Part shown: positions 31,346 to 40,040 of the stretch, piece by piece | Numbering within the stretch: position 1 is the first letter of the stretch | Layout of the letters: each line of letters begins with the position of its first letter | Source: an uncultured Acidobacteriota bacterium | GTDB lineage: Bacteria > Acidobacteriota > Vicinamibacteria > Vicinamibacterales > SCN-69-37 | Reading direction: 5' to 3' | DNA length: 64,000 nucleotides | NCBI GenBank assembly: GCA_963816795.1 | Contig: CAWFLT010000007.1 | Span: 5,877-69,876, forward strand | The notes under the pieces: model-generated | What the model saw: the letters and a program-made list of their open reading frames with translations, nothing else | What the model was told of the DNA's origin: nothing | The model's database searches: none | Made by a program: the position numbers and the translations under genes

Positions 31346-31939
31346 ATGAGCGACGCCTTCCTCTCCAGCGTAGTGCGCGCCCTCGACCTCGCGGTGGTCG
31401 AGCGACTGCCCAACTCTGCGTTCCACCTGGTCACGCCGGCGCCCGGTTGGCTGGCCGATGTCTTCGAGACGGCGCCGACCGGCGCGCAACGGACCCTCGG
31501 CGGCGCCCTGCCGTTTCTCGATGATTTCCTCGTGCAGGCGGACGTCGCCTGGCGCGATGGCCACACCGCGTCCTCCGGGCCGTTCGCCGCGACGGTGGGT
31601 GGGACGGAGCACTTGCTGCGGGCGACCGCGCTCACGGTGGAGCAGCGCAAGCTGATGGTGCTCGAGCGGCTGAGCGGCGAGGCCGATACCCGTCCGATCC
31701 TGCAGAAGGCGCGCGAACAAATGCTCGAGCACGAAGAGCTCGTGCGGCAGATTGTGGCCGTGCACGAACCGGCGTCGCGCATCGACCTCGGGCTGAAGCA
31801 ACTGACCGAGACGTCGCTGACGCCAGCGCAGCACGACGTGCTCGAGCGCGTCAGCCGCGCCAGCGCGGAACTGCAAGCGGCGCTCGCGCCGCTGCCGTCG
31901 CTGCCACCACGCTTGAGGCGGCAGGCGCGTACGGTCTAA
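31346..31939 (+). CDS. Hypothetical protein (197 aa), third gene of the GTPase operon
   Basis: It starts 18 nt after the GTPase stop and is an intact ORF with high GC3 (..LPNSAFHLVTPAPGWLADVFE..PFLDDFLVQADVAWRDG..LMVLERL..). The C-terminal half is predicted helical. I recognise no family. Confidence 0.6.
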   Translation: MSDAFLSSVVRALDLAVVERLPNSAFHLVTPAPGWLADVFETAPTGAQRTLGGALPFLDDFLVQADVAWRDGHTASSGPFAATVGGTEHLLRATALTVEQRKLMVLERLSGEADTRPILQKAREQMLEHEELVRQIVAVHEPASRIDLGLKQLTETSLTPAQHDVLERVSRASAELQAALAPLPSLPPRLRRQARTV

Positions 31940-31957
31940 CGAGCGCAGCCCTGGGTG

Positions 31958-33247
31958 TTACTTGGCGCCGCCGATGAGTTGCTCGCGCTCCGCGAGCGCC
32001 ACCACCCGGTCGCGGCCGGCATCTTTGCCTTCGTACAAGCGGCGATCGGCGATCCGAACGAGATCGTCGGCGGTCTCGACATCAGCATCCGCCGGATAGG
32101 TCGCGATCCCGATGGTGGTCGTGATTCGGCCCCAGGGGTAGGGTGGCGACGCGGTGAGGCAGCGGTCCTGAAGACCAGCGCGAAATCGCTCCGCGAACGC
32201 CCGCGCGTCTCCGGCGCCCGCCCGGATCAGGATCACGAACTCGTCGCCACCGAAGCGGCACGGCGTGTCGGCGCTCCGCGCGAGCGACGCGAGCGTGTCG
32301 GCGATCAGCCGCAGCACCCGGTCGCCCTCCATGTGCGAGAAGCGATCGTTGATCGTCTTGAAATTGTCGGTGTCGATCATCAACAGACTCAACGGCTCGT
32401 CGTAGCGCTGGGCTTGCGCCAGCGCTTGCGGGAGGGTTTCATCGAGGTATCCGCGGTTGAACAGGCCCGTCAGCGAATCCCGCACGAGCCGCTCCTTCAC
32501 CTGCTCGTACTTCTGCCGGTAGGTCAGGGCCTGGAAGACGTCGGCCACGTCGCCGCCGCCCACCACCACGGTCTGCGGCTCGACAAACCGTAAGTACGTC
32601 CAATAGATGCCGGTGTAGAACAAGGCCGCGACCGCCTTGCCGATGAACCCGACGAGCATCTGGTTCCAGAGGTTCGGACTGCTCCAGTGCAAGAAGAGGG
32701 TGAAAAAGAAGTTGTCGAACGCGACGATCGCCACGAGCGAGGCGTAGAACCGCAGGAAGAGGTGCGACGTGAACCGGCTGATGAACTCGTAGATCAGGAT
32801 GATCCCGAGGACGTCGATGAGCAGGAGCGTCGTGCCAACGGTGGCGATCTCCGCCGTCGTCCAGAAGCCGGCGCGAGACACGTCCTTCATGGCGCTGCCG
32901 GGTATCCCGAGGTGCAAGTACACCAGCAGGGAAAGAATCGAGACGGCGGCGTTGGCCAGGACGAGGCCGTACAGCAGCTTCCGTGCTTCGATCGCGTCTT
33001 CCTTCACGTAGATCAGGAGCACCGTCACAATCGTGGCGGTGAACAGCACGGTCGACGCCGGCATGATCGAAATCCCGTCGGCGATCTCGACCTTGAGACT
33101 GAGCGTGGCCTCCAGATACTGAAAGCCGCCGAGGACGATGTAGAGGGGGGTCAGGCCGAGTTTCGAGCGCAGGCGAAACAACACCAGGATGATGACGGCC
33201 ATCACCGTGGCATCGAGCGCCAGCATCCCCATTTGGAGCGCATGCAT
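31958..33247 (-). CDS. Diguanylate cyclase (GGDEF) with a multi-TM N-terminal sensor domain
   Basis: The C-terminal part reads LTGLFNRGYLDETL..LSLLMIDTDNFKTINDRFSHMEGDRVL..RFGGDEFVILI. The N-terminus has about 7 hydrophobic helices. It is convergent with the GTPase operon, with stops 18 nt apart. Confidence 0.85.
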   Translation of the reverse strand: MHALQMGMLALDATVMAVIILVLFRLRSKLGLTPLYIVLGGFQYLEATLSLKVEIADGISIMPASTVLFTATIVTVLLIYVKEDAIEARKLLYGLVLANAAVSILSLLVYLHLGIPGSAMKDVSRAGFWTTAEIATVGTTLLLIDVLGIILIYEFISRFTSHLFLRFYASLVAIVAFDNFFFTLFLHWSSPNLWNQMLVGFIGKAVAALFYTGIYWTYLRFVEPQTVVVGGGDVADVFQALTYRQKYEQVKERLVRDSLTGLFNRGYLDETLPQALAQAQRYDEPLSLLMIDTDNFKTINDRFSHMEGDRVLRLIADTLASLARSADTPCRFGGDEFVILIRAGAGDARAFAERFRAGLQDRCLTASPPYPWGRITTTIGIATYPADADVETADDLVRIADRRLYEGKDAGRDRVVALAEREQLIGGAK

Positions 33248-33401
33248 GACGAGCTTGCCGGCGTCAGCCTACCACGCCGGACACCACGGCAGGACTGAGG
33301 GCATCCGGCTGCCGGAATGATCCCGAGTCGCCCGGTCGGGCCGGAAAGAACATCGATTCAGGCGGTTTGACCGGCCGGGCGCTGCCTACTATGCTCCGCG
33401 T

Positions 33402-33992
33402 GTGACCGACACTTCAGAGTCACGCCAGGACATCACCGATCTCCTCCAGCGGTGGCGCCGCGGAGATCGCGAGGCTCTCGAAAGCCTGGCCCCGCTCGTG
33501 TACGAAGAGCTTCGCCGGATCGCGACTCGCTACCTCTCACACGAGCGCTCCGATCACACCCTCCAGCGTACCGCGCTCGTGCACGAGGCCTTCGTCCGGT
33601 TGGTCGATCAGCGGCGGGTCGAATGGCAGAGCCGCGCGCACTTCTATGGTGTCGCCGCTCAGGCGATGCGCAGGATCCTCGTGGACCACGCGCGGCGCGC
33701 CGGTCGGATGAAGCGCGGTGCCGAGGTCGCGAAAGTGGGCCTGGACCTGGCCCCAGAGGTGGCCGCCTCCGCTCCGCTCGACCCGGCGGATGCCATCGCG
33801 CTCGACGACGCGCTCCAGAAGCTCGAGACCTTCGACCCGTTCCAGGGCCGGTTGGTCGAGCTGCGCTTCTTCGGGGGCCTGACCGTCGAAGAGGCCGCCG
33901 AAGCGCTGGAGACGTCGCCGACGACGGTCAAGCGCGAGTGGGCGATCGCGAAGGCGTGGCTCTACCGCGAAATGACCGGCGCGCGGCCCTAG
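33402..33992 (+). CDS. ECF-type RNA polymerase sigma factor
   Basis: DITDLLQRWRRGDREALESLAPLVYEELRRIA..LQRTALVHEAFVRL..RFFGGLTVEEAAEALETSPTTVKREW (region 4 HTH). It has a GTG start. Confidence 0.85.
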   Translation: MTDTSESRQDITDLLQRWRRGDREALESLAPLVYEELRRIATRYLSHERSDHTLQRTALVHEAFVRLVDQRRVEWQSRAHFYGVAAQAMRRILVDHARRAGRMKRGAEVAKVGLDLAPEVAASAPLDPADAIALDDALQKLETFDPFQGRLVELRFFGGLTVEEAAEALETSPTTVKREWAIAKAWLYREMTGARP

Positions 33993-34657
33993 CTCTTCTC
34001 CGTGACCTCGCTCTTCCCCCGCCGGTGACGCACGAACTCGACCACCATGGGAAGCAGCGACACCGCGACGATGAGAATCGTCACCAGCGAGAAGTTGTTC
34101 TTGATGATCGGGATGTTGCCGAGGAAGTAACCGGCGCCGAGACACAGCGTCACCCACGCGATCGCCCCGACTGCGTTGTAGAACACGAACGATGCCGGCG
34201 ACATCTGCCCCGCACCGGCGACGAAGGGCACGAACGTGCGGACGATGGGGACGAACCGGCCGAGGATCAGCGCCTTCCCGCCGTAGGTCTCGAAGAACGC
34301 GTGGGCGCGTTGCAGATGCTGCCGGTTCAGCAGTTTGTGCGTGATGCCTTGTGAATCACTCGCGCGGAAGACCCGCGGGCCGATCGCACGGCCGATGGCG
34401 TAGTTCACGGCGTTCCCGGTGAACGCGGCCGTGACGAGCAGCACGTAGCACAGGAACGGATTGAGGCCGTCGTCCTGCGCCGAGAGCGCGCCGACCGCGA
34501 ACAGCAACGAGTCGCCGGGGAGAAACGGGGCCACCACCAGCCCGGTCTCCGCGAAGATGATGCCGAACAGCAGTCCGTAGACCCAGGGCCCGTAGGCCCG
34601 GACGAGCTCGGCCAGATACTGGTCGAAGTGAAGGACGAAGTCGATGACAGCCGACAA
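33989..34657 (-). CDS. DedA-family (VTT domain) membrane protein
   Basis: IIFAETGLVVAPFLPGDSLLFAVGAL..GRFVPIVRTFVPFVAGAGQMS. Confidence 0.85.
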   Translation of the reverse strand: MSAVIDFVLHFDQYLAELVRAYGPWVYGLLFGIIFAETGLVVAPFLPGDSLLFAVGALSAQDDGLNPFLCYVLLVTAAFTGNAVNYAIGRAIGPRVFRASDSQGITHKLLNRQHLQRAHAFFETYGGKALILGRFVPIVRTFVPFVAGAGQMSPASFVFYNAVGAIAWVTLCLGAGYFLGNIPIIKNNFSLVTILIVAVSLLPMVVEFVRHRRGKSEVTEKS

Positions 34658-34663
34658 GACGAA

Positions 34664-35086
34664 CTAGCGGGGCGGAAGGGCCGGGGAGGACTCCGGCGTG
34701 GCCGGGGCCGCGGGCCGGGCATCCTTGATGATCACCAATGTCTCTCCAGGGCGGATCAGCCCGAGATCACGTCGGGCCGCCTCTTCCAACGCCGCCGGAT
34801 CGGTGTTCAGCCGGTCAACCTCCTGCAGCAGCCGGGTGTTCTCGGCCCGCACGTGGTCCAGGGCCGTCAGCAGTGAAACGTATTCGCGGCTCGCCCGCAA
34901 CGTGGCCAGATAGCCGTTGTCGCCGACGACCGCGTTCACCATCAGCACCAGTGATGCCGCGAACAGGGCAAATCCGAGCCATCGACGCCGGCGCGATCGG
35001 ACTTCGTACGCCGGACGCAACCGCCGCGTGGACCGCGGCCGTTCGAGAGCCGCCTCTACCGGCGCATCCGGAATCATCTCGGGCAT
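34664..35086 (-). CDS. ftsB: Septum formation initiator (FtsB/DivIC-like)
   Basis: The start is MPEMIPD at 35086. It has a single TM helix (WLGFALFAASLVLMVNAVV), then a coiled coil and ..AALEEAARRDLGLIRPGETLVI. The longer track ORF to 35362 is antisense to cutA. Confidence 0.7.
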   Translation of the reverse strand: MPEMIPDAPVEAALERPRSTRRLRPAYEVRSRRRRWLGFALFAASLVLMVNAVVGDNGYLATLRASREYVSLLTALDHVRAENTRLLQEVDRLNTDPAALEEAARRDLGLIRPGETLVIIKDARPAAPATPESSPALPPR

Positions 35087-35131
35087 CTTTGTATCAGGTT
35101 TTCGGCGCCTGTACAAGCGCAAAATAGGGTC

Positions 35132-35464
35132 ATGAGCGACTTCGTGATGGCGATGACGACGATGCCCGGAGACTTCGACTCGGCGCCCCTGGCACAGGAA
35201 CTGGTCGGCGCCGGTCTCGCCGCCTGCATCACGATTTTCCCGGCCGTCAAGTCGGTCTACACCTGGAAAGGCGTTCCGACCGTCGATGAGGAACAGCAAC
35301 TCCTCATCAAGACCACGGCCGACAACGTCGACGCGCTCTGGGACGTGCTTCGCGCCCGCCACCCGTACGACGTCCCCGAATTCATCGTCATCCCCGTCGT
35401 CGATGGCAGCCAGGACTATTTGCGTTGGATCGAGCAGAACGTCGGGCCGAAGAAGGAATCGTGA
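35132..35464 (+). CDS. cutA: Divalent-cation tolerance protein CutA
   Basis: The 110-aa ORF reads ..LVGAGLAACITIFPAVKSVYTWKGVPTVDEEQQLLIKT..HPYDVPEFIVIPV. Confidence 0.85.
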   Translation: MSDFVMAMTTMPGDFDSAPLAQELVGAGLAACITIFPAVKSVYTWKGVPTVDEEQQLLIKTTADNVDALWDVLRARHPYDVPEFIVIPVVDGSQDYLRWIEQNVGPKKES

Positions 35465-35467
35465 AAA

Positions 35468-35499
35468 GTGCTAGGTGCTAGGTGCGGGTGCTAGGTGCG
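35468..35499. repeat. Short tandem heptamer run (GTGCTAG GTGCTAG GTGCGGG TGCTAG GTGCG) in the cutA/PLP-enzyme convergent spacer
   Basis: Seen directly. It is followed by a CCGTACC CTCCGTACC run. Confidence 0.7.
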
Positions 35500-35531
35500 T
35501 CGTCCAAATGCCCGCCGTACCCTCCGTACCC

Positions 35532-35552
35532 GCGGCTCGAAGGTCGAGCCGC
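35532..35552. terminator. Hairpin with a perfect 9-bp stem, 2 nt beyond the stop of the minus-strand PLP enzyme gene
   Basis: GCGGCTCGA-agg-TCGAGCCGC lies between convergent genes. Confidence 0.5.
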
Positions 35553-35553
35553 G

Positions 35554-36720
35554 CTACGACAGTGCCTGATCAAGATCCTCTTTGAGATCGTCGATGTCTT
35601 CGACGCCCGCGGAGATGCGGATCATCGTGTCGGTCAGGCCGATCTCGCGGCGGCGATCGGGGGGGACTGACGCATGCGTCATCGTCGCCGGATGACAGAC
35701 GAGCGTCTCGACCCCGCCGAGGCTTTCGGCGAGCGCCATGAGCTTGAAGCCGTTCAGGACGCGCGTGGCCTCGTCGAGCGTGGCGACTTCGAACGTCAGC
35801 ATGCCGCCCCAGCCGTTGGGCATTTGCCGGCGCGCCAGCGCGTGCTGCGGATGAGTGGGGAGGCCCGGATAGTAGACGCGCGTGACGCGCGGGTGTTGCT
35901 CCAGGAACTCGGCGAGCGCCAGGCCGTTGGCCGAGTGCTGCGCCATCCTCAGTGTGAGGGTCTTCGTGCCCCGCAGGACGAGCCAGGCGTCGAACGGGCT
36001 CAGGATCGCGCCGGCGCCATTCTGGATGAACCGCAGCCACTCGATGTCTTCGTCGCGCGTCGCGACCACGACACCGCCAATCGAGTCGGAATGGCCATTC
36101 AGGTACTTCGTCGTGCTATGGACGACGAGATCGGCGCCGAGCGCCAGCGGTTGCTGCAGGACCGGGCTCGCGAACGTGTTGTCGACGCACACGAGCGCCC
36201 CGTGCCGATGGGCGAGCGTCGCGACGGCGGCGATGTCCGTCAGCCGCATGACCGGATTGGTCGGCGTCTCGATGAAGACCAGCCGCGTGGCCGGCGTGAT
36301 GGCGCGCTCGGTGGCGGCCAGGTCCGACGTATCGACGTAGCTGAACGTGAAGCCGTATCGCGTGAGCACTTTGTCGAACAGCCGGAACGTGCCGCCGTAC
36401 GTGTTGTCGGTCACGACGACGTGATCGCCGGTCTCGAGCCGCGCCGTGATGGCGCTGATCGCAGACATCCCGGACGCGAACGCGAATGCCGCCTGGCCGC
36501 CTTCGATGGCGGCGAGGTTGCCTTCGAGCGCGCTGCGCGTGGGATTCTGCGTCCGCGCGTATTCGAACCCTTTGTGCTGGCCAAGCGCCTCTTGCACGTA
36601 GGTCGACGTCTGATAGATGGGTGTGATGATCGCGCCAGTGGTCGGATCGGGTTCCTGTCCGGCGTGAATGCAGCGCGTCGCAAAGCGCGCGTCCTTCGGA
36701 AGCTTCACCGCGGGTCTCAC
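35554..36720 (-). CDS. Cys/Met-metabolism PLP enzyme (cystathionine gamma-synthase/gamma-lyase/beta-lyase family)
   Basis: The 388-aa ORF has the STTKYLNGHSDSIGGVVV PLP-lysine motif, ..YARTQNPTRSALE.. and ESLGGVETL. Confidence 0.85.
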   Translation of the reverse strand: MRPAVKLPKDARFATRCIHAGQEPDPTTGAIITPIYQTSTYVQEALGQHKGFEYARTQNPTRSALEGNLAAIEGGQAAFAFASGMSAISAITARLETGDHVVVTDNTYGGTFRLFDKVLTRYGFTFSYVDTSDLAATERAITPATRLVFIETPTNPVMRLTDIAAVATLAHRHGALVCVDNTFASPVLQQPLALGADLVVHSTTKYLNGHSDSIGGVVVATRDEDIEWLRFIQNGAGAILSPFDAWLVLRGTKTLTLRMAQHSANGLALAEFLEQHPRVTRVYYPGLPTHPQHALARRQMPNGWGGMLTFEVATLDEATRVLNGFKLMALAESLGGVETLVCHPATMTHASVPPDRRREIGLTDTMIRISAGVEDIDDLKEDLDQALS

Positions 36721-36838
36721 GATAGTCTGTTATCATGCGTTTTGCAATTTGCAGAATCCCGTGACTCGGTGGTTGGGACGCCAACAACGCACGTCGTCCT
36801 CTCCTGACGACGGGTCCCCTCTCGCCGCTGCCGGTGGC

Positions 36839-38885
36839 ATGACGCCGCCGCCGACTGAGCTCCGATTCTTCCGCACGCTGCCCGGCCGGTTGTTCCTGCT
36901 GTCAGGCGGGTCCCTGCTCCTGCTCCTCGCCGTGCGCCTGGTCGTGCCGCTGCCGGAAGTGCTCGAGATGTTTCGCAAGGTCGTCTCGGTGGCACTCGTC
37001 GTGGCGATCGTCTGGCTGGGCGCCCTCGCCGTCATCCACACGCGTCAGCAGTTCCTCTGGCGGGTCCGCCGGAAGCTGATTCTCTCCTACGTCTTCCTCG
37101 GCTTCGTGCCGGTGATTCTCGTGATGGCCTTCGCGCTGGCGGCGAGCGTGGTGCTGTACATCAACGTCACGGCGTACGTGTTTCGCGGGGGCTTTGGCAA
37201 TCTGATCGACGACGTCTACCAGTTCGCGGAGACGTCGGCCGGCGAAATCGGTCGCAACCCCGCTCTCACCCAGACCGCGCTCACGCGGAAGTACGAGAAC
37301 CTGGCGAAGCAGTACCCGGCGCTCTCGCTCGCCGTCGTGCCCGCCGCTGATGACGAGACGCCGGCCAATGGACCGGCCAAGGCGCTCGAGCGGTCGGTTC
37401 GCGCCGGTCCGTGGCGTCACCTCGCGGCTCCTGCCGAGGCGCCGCGCTGGCTGGTCCGATCGAGCAGCGGCTTCTCCGGCGTCGTCGCGTATGCGTCGCC
37501 CGACGCCCCGGACGAATGGCATCTCAGCGTGCGGGCCGTCGTGCCGACGCCGGATCGAAGACGCCTGGTCATCGCGGATCTGCCCGTCGATACCGACCTC
37601 GTCGCGCGACTCGCCGACCGCACGACCGTCAGGATGGGCGCCATCACCGTCCCCTCCGACTGCGGCGGGCCCGGACCTTCGCCAGCCGGCGCGCGCCGCG
37701 GCAACGTGCTTTCGCTCTTTCGCGAAAGCGTCGCGTTCATGGACTGTGCGAACTGGGCGACGGGGCAGGTCGGGCGCGTCACCGTCAGCCTGAACTCTCC
37801 GGTGCGCCGTCTGTACACGCATGTCGTCGCCGGACAATTCCAGAGCGTGGCCAATGCCCCTCTTCTCATCCTCGCCGTGCTCGGCGTGTTGTTGCTGGTG
37901 GTGCAGGGCGCCGCGCTGTCCTGGGGAGTCGCTCTGGCGCGATCGATCACCTCAGCGGTGCACGAGCTCTTCGAGGGCACCGAGCGCGCGCGCCAGGGCG
38001 ACTTCGGCTACCGGATCAACATCGCCTCGCAGGACCAGCTCGGGGACCTGGCGACGTCCTACAACCTGATGAGTGGCAGCATCGAGCATCTGCTCCACGT
38101 GCAGCGCGAGAAGCAGCGGCTCGACGACGAGCTCCGGATCGCGCGAGACATCCAGAAATCGCTCCTGCCCGTGGAGCCGCCGCGCCTGCCGGGCGTCAGC
38201 ATTGCCGATCTCTGCGAGCCGGCGCGGCAGGTGGGTGGCGACTACTACGACTTCTTCGACCTCGGCGAGGGACGGACGGGTGTCCTGGTGGCGGATGTCT
38301 CCGGCAAGGGGACGTCGGCGGCGCTCTATACCGCCGAGCTCAAGGGGCTGCTGATCGGCCTCAGTCACAACGAACGGTCGCCGCGCCAGCTGCTGATCGA
38401 CGTCAACCGCCGGTTGTCGGACCACCTCGACAACCGCAGCTTCATCACGATGACGTACCTGATCCTCGACATGCACGCCCGCACGTTCACCTGCGCGCGC
38501 GCCGGCCACACGCCGTTGATCGTCGTCTCCGGCGGACGGAGCGAAGTCCTGGTGCCGGCCGGCATGGTGCTCGGCCTCCGGCTGCCGGGCGCGGCCGGCC
38601 GATTCGAGGAGCTCCTCGAGGAACACACGCAGCCGATCCACGACGGCGACGTCATCGTCCTCTACACTGACGGCATCACCGAAGCGATGGACGCCGACGG
38701 CGAGCTCTTCGGCGACGACGCCCTGGCGCGCGTGGTCCTGAGCCACCGGCATCTTGACGCGGCGGGCATCCGGGAGCGAGTCTTGCGCGAGGTCAAAGCG
38801 TTTGTCGGGCGACGCCGAGCCACACGACGACATGACGATGGTGATCCTGAAGTTCGAGCCGGAAGGCCCGGCAGCGGCAGCCTGA
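36839..38885 (+). pseudogene. Membrane HAMP plus PP2C/SpoIIE-type serine phosphatase; frame break about 25 codons before its stop
   Basis: It has TM helices, a HAMP domain (SITSAVHELFEGTERARQGDFGYRINIASQDQLGDLATSYNLMSGSI) and a PP2C domain (IARDIQKSLLP..GGDYYDFFDL..VADVSGKGTSAAL..LYTDGITEA). After ..REVKAFVG the expected end DAEPHDDMTMVILKFEPEGPAAAA-stop is in the +1 frame (switch near 38809). That stop TGA (38883-38885) overlaps the rnc ATG. Confidence 0.75.
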
Positions 38886-39856
38886 TGCGGGAGCGTCAGC
38901 GGGCGAATCCTCCGCCAGAAGAAGTGTTCCGGACGCCGTCGTCCGTCGAGGCAGAAGTGGTCTGCGGATTGCTCGACGCCCACGAGATCGAGGCGGCGGT
39001 CGCGTCGGTGCTCTCGCCGACGCTGTTTCCGATGCGGTTCGGGCAGGCCGAATTCTGCATCACCGTGTCCAGCGCGCTGGCGGCTCGCGCGCGCGAACTG
39101 ATCGCCTCGCATCTCGACGAGGCCGCGGCGGCGGAAATCCGCCGGCTCAGCGACACGCTCGGCCCGCTCGAGGAACGGATCGACTATGAGTTCCGCGACA
39201 TCGGCCTGCTCGAGCACGCTCTGACGCACCGGTCGCGCGCACACGAAGACGCCTCCGGCGGCGTGATCGACAACGAGTCGCTCGAGTTCCTGGGGGATGC
39301 GGTGCTCGGCTTCGTGATCGCCGACTTGCTGTTCACTCGTTTTCCGAAACACAGCGAGGGTTACAAGTCCAAGGTGAAGGCCGGCATCGTCTCCTCGGCG
39401 TCGCTGGCCAGGCTGGCGGAAGATCTCGATCTGGGCCGCTACGTGCTGCTCGGGCGCGGAGAAGAAAAGACCGGCGGCCGGCACAAGCACGCGATTCTCG
39501 CCGACGGGTTCGAGGCGCTCATCGCCGCGGTCTATCTCGACGGCGGCATCGAGGCGGCGCGCGATTTCATCCTGTCCAAGTTCGAGCCGCTGGTCGAGTC
39601 GGCCGGCGACCGCGCCGCCGAAGCGGCGTTCACCGAAGACTGGAAGTCGGCGTTCCAGGAGTGGCTGCAGGCCGAGGGACGCGGCCTGCCGCACTATCGC
39701 ATCGCCTCAGCCGACGGCCCCGATCATCGCAAGCGCTTCGACGTGGAAGTGATCGTCGGCGGGCAGGCCGTCGCCCGCGCGACCGGACGATCCAAGAAGG
39801 AAGCCGAGCAGCAGGCCGCCAAAGCCGCGATGGCGACGCTGAAGCCATCGTCATAG
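38885..39856 (+). CDS. rnc: Ribonuclease III with an about 85-aa N-terminal extra domain (DUF2007-like)
   Basis: RNase III signature NESLEFLGDAVLGFVIADLLF, ..LADGFEALIAAVYLDGG.., and a C-terminal dsRBD (DWKSAFQEWLQ..GPDHRKRFDVEV..GRSKKEAEQQAAKAA). There is no in-frame ATG/GTG/TTG between 38885 and the catalytic domain. The N-terminal part reads FRTPSSVEAEVVCGLLDAHEIEAAVAS... Confidence 0.8.
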   Translation: MRERQRANPPPEEVFRTPSSVEAEVVCGLLDAHEIEAAVASVLSPTLFPMRFGQAEFCITVSSALAARARELIASHLDEAAAAEIRRLSDTLGPLEERIDYEFRDIGLLEHALTHRSRAHEDASGGVIDNESLEFLGDAVLGFVIADLLFTRFPKHSEGYKSKVKAGIVSSASLARLAEDLDLGRYVLLGRGEEKTGGRHKHAILADGFEALIAAVYLDGGIEAARDFILSKFEPLVESAGDRAAEAAFTEDWKSAFQEWLQAEGRGLPHYRIASADGPDHRKRFDVEVIVGGQAVARATGRSKKEAEQQAAKAAMATLKPSS

Positions 39857-39876
39857 GGAACAACGATCTTTCAGGC

Positions 39877-40032
39877 AGATCTTTCAACACGAAGCGCACG
39901 ACGGGCACGAAGAGGACGAAGACCACGAAGCGAGATCTCAGGGGAAGACTGCGGATCGGAACGCTTTTCCATTCCAACCCTTCGCGTCCTTCGTAAACCT
40001 CGCGCCTTCGTGGGCTTCGTGGTGAAAGATCT
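39877..40032. repeat. Long imperfect palindrome built from ACGAAG/CTTCGT oligomers between convergent rnc and the ATPase gene
   Basis: The outer arms are AGATCTTTCAACACGAAGCGCACGA (39877-39901) and TCGTGGGCTTCGTGGTGAAAGATCT (40008-40032), complementary at 23 of 25 positions. The interior is rich in CACGAAG on the left and CTTCGT on the right. Confidence 0.8.
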
Positions 40033-40040
40033 TTTGACCG

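Noticed and set aside
36668-39856. A single 1062-aa fusion protein (HAMP-PP2C phosphatase fused to RNase III), as the ORF track suggests.
   Set aside because: The phosphatase family's canonical C-terminal tail and a stop codon are present in the +1 frame from about 38809. That stop overlaps an ATG opening the RNase III frame. So this is two genes merged by one apparent extra base.
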